64,000 nucleotides of DNA from Tubulanus polymorphus (lineage: Eukaryota > Animalia > Nemertea): positions 4,550,175 to 4,614,174 of the forward strand of contig NC_134032.1 in NCBI RefSeq assembly GCF_964204645.1, written 5' to 3'. The notes below the pieces were generated by a model, which was not told the origin of the DNA, searched no databases, and saw nothing but the letters and a program-made list of their open reading frames with translations. Shown here piece after piece: positions 62,381 through 64,000 of this stretch. Position 1 is the stretch's first letter; the number at the start of each line of letters is the position of its first letter. The position numbers were made by a program, and so were the translations under genes.

Positions 62381-62621
62381 GATCGCCGTCTTCGTGCCGG
62401 ATCTTTCGGTTGTCGTGCCAATTTAGCTCGTTCTGCCCGTATGTAATTCGCGGCGCCAAATTTGCTTGGGCCAAATAGCGGGACTCGTTAGTTCTGATTT
62501 GTCGCAGGACCTCTGTCGGCTGATAGATCTTGTCAGGCTTGGACAGGTTATTGAGCTGAATGCGCTGTGGATGGTGGGCCTGTACCTTGTGCAAAATCTT
62601 ATAGATTTGGTCTCTATCCAT
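62358..62621 (-). CDS. hypothetical protein
   Basis: ORF from MDRDQ. Confidence 0.55.
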   Translation of the reverse strand: MDRDQIYKILHKVQAHHPQRIQLNNLSKPDKIYQPTEVLRQIRTNESRYLAQANLAPRITYGQNELNWHDNRKIRHEDGDHVSYRNS

Positions 62622-62714
62622 GCTTCCTATAGATAAAAAAAAATACAAATGAAAGGACACAGCAGGCCGCTCTTAGTCAAATGCATTTTAAAAGATGATA
62701 TGACCTGCCTTTTA

Positions 62715-63086
62715 TTATTTTGGCTTCCAGTACTCCATGGTGAACGCCTTACCTGATTTGACGAAGGCGTCGTGTTTGGCCTTGAGCCTCATGTATTCGC
62801 TCACAGCATACCCATTGGTGTCGACTCCAAGGACTACTCCTATGGGCGGCACCGGTATCATCCACTCGTGCTTGCCCCATGTGATTAGCTGGTCCATATA
62901 CCAATTGTAAAGGCCCCTGTTCATGTCCATGCTCGCGGCCGTGAACGGAGCGATTTGCGCCAGGGCCATTAAGGTATCTGTGGCAAAATTATAGGGCGGA
63001 CGCATCGCAGGATTAGGGGGCCCTCCAGGAAGGATCGAGGCCTTGGTCCCTGCTTCAGGCATAGAGCGCTCAGTATTTGCAGCCAT
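62715..63086 (-). CDS. hypothetical protein
   Basis: ORF from MAANT. Confidence 0.55.
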   Translation of the reverse strand: MAANTERSMPEAGTKASILPGGPPNPAMRPPYNFATDTLMALAQIAPFTAASMDMNRGLYNWYMDQLITWGKHEWMIPVPPIGVVLGVDTNGYAVSEYMRLKAKHDAFVKSGKAFTMEYWKPK

Positions 63087-63104
63087 CGCGGGTCGCAAAG
63101 AGTC

Positions 63105-64000
63105 CTATTCGATTAGTATCCTATCTGCTTCAAAGAATCTGACAGATGTCTCCCAGCTGTTTATATTCATGAGGGTCATCCTATATAAAGAAATATTTGT
63201 TAATAGTGGTATCTTTTTTAGAAAGTTGTCGACATCGTACTGCGCCACTATGGGCTTTGAGGCATGATAGTACTTTTTCGCATAAGTCGGCACTATTTTC
63301 ATGTGCGTCAGGATGCTCTCTTTGACGATCTTGCGAAGGGCGGCTGGTTTCATGGCCGACAGGGCCTTGAGCGCATAAATGTAATCAAACGAAAAGCGAG
63401 TATTTTGCAGGTAGTCTTCAAAGGAGTGCAAGTCAATGTGGGCCCTGAGGCTTTTGTAGTCTTTCTCATTTTTGAGCTTCGTCATGATGTTGGCGTTAAA
63501 GGTGTTTGTGTAATAATTGTTTAAGATCAGGTCCCTCATATCTTCATCTTTATACGCGACAGCCAGGCGTTTTACGCAGCAATTGAGATCAATGATGGCA
63601 AGGCGCCGTGCCTGATACTCCTTGAACAGGCGGTTGGCCTCTTCTTTGATTGGGTTGGCTGTCGTAAAGCTTTCTCGATAGATCTTGCGCAGGCCCAAGT
63701 AGGGCTCTGTGATTTTTTTTGTGGGCTTGAAGGGATAGTAGATGTCGCCATCGAAGCCGGTCATCAGTCCCTGACTGTTATGGTAGACCGCCTTTGGCCG
63801 CGCCATTTTTAAGATGCTGAAAATGTGCAATAGCGACTCGACGTCCATATAGTCGCTGTGGTGCGGCTCTTTATCAGTGATCTGGTTATAGCGCGTGTTG
63901 TAAGAGAATGGAATAGGAAAGAACATGCTATGCTTTCTGCCCGGCATCGTGATCAGGGCCCCATAAATGGAAGTGGGGTGGATGTTAAAGACCTTGTCGA
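63105..64000 (-). CDS. C-terminal part of a larger gene (tentatively VETF large subunit/G1340L-like)
   Basis: Frame is open to the window edge; IYGALI..FFPIPFSY pattern; weak family call. Confidence 0.45.
   Translation of the reverse strand, partial: DKVFNIHPTSIYGALITMPGRKHSMFFPIPFSYNTRYNQITDKEPHHSDYMDVESLLHIFSILKMARPKAVYHNSQGLMTGFDGDIYYPFKPTKKITEPYLGLRKIYRESFTTANPIKEEANRLFKEYQARRLAIIDLNCCVKRLAVAYKDEDMRDLILNNYYTNTFNANIMTKLKNEKDYKSLRAHIDLHSFEDYLQNTRFSFDYIYALKALSAMKPAALRKIVKESILTHMKIVPTYAKKYYHASKPIVAQYDVDNFLKKIPLLTNISLYRMTLMNINSWETSVRFFEADRILIE

Noticed and set aside
63087-63107. Readthrough of the TAG into the in-frame downstream ORF
   Set aside because: The downstream ORF has its own ATG, and in-frame adjacency is expected about one time in three

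Overview
This window looks like part of a highly divergent asfarvirus-like large DNA virus genome (Nucleocytoviricota). All family calls rest on motifs recognised by eye, not on database searches. The left ~12 kb holds co-oriented minus-strand orphan genes and paralogs, as in a terminal variable region, and includes a protein with a C-terminal RHIM motif. It is followed by an RNR small subunit, a cluster of type II membrane proteins and an atypical ~4 kb island (19.85-23.9 kb). The island carries a 25-bp tandem array, a ~350-nt structured element containing a box C/D kink-turn, and a 941-aa repeat/coiled-coil ORF. The core region encodes RPB1, RPB6, RPB10, the capping enzyme, a cap 2'-O-MTase, DNA ligase, a YqaJ nuclease, a D1133L-like SF2 helicase, E248R/E199L-like entry proteins, a kinase, a CP312R-like SSB and several Q/M/P-rich proteins. 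Poly(T) tracts follow most genes. The most striking observations are: (i) four divergent gene pairs whose start codons interlock on one CATG palindrome; (ii) the viral RHIM protein; (iii) the structured RNA candidate; (iv) several genes broken by one in-frame stop or by homopolymer frameshifts (recoding, decay or assembly error); (v) a deviant RPB1 active site.
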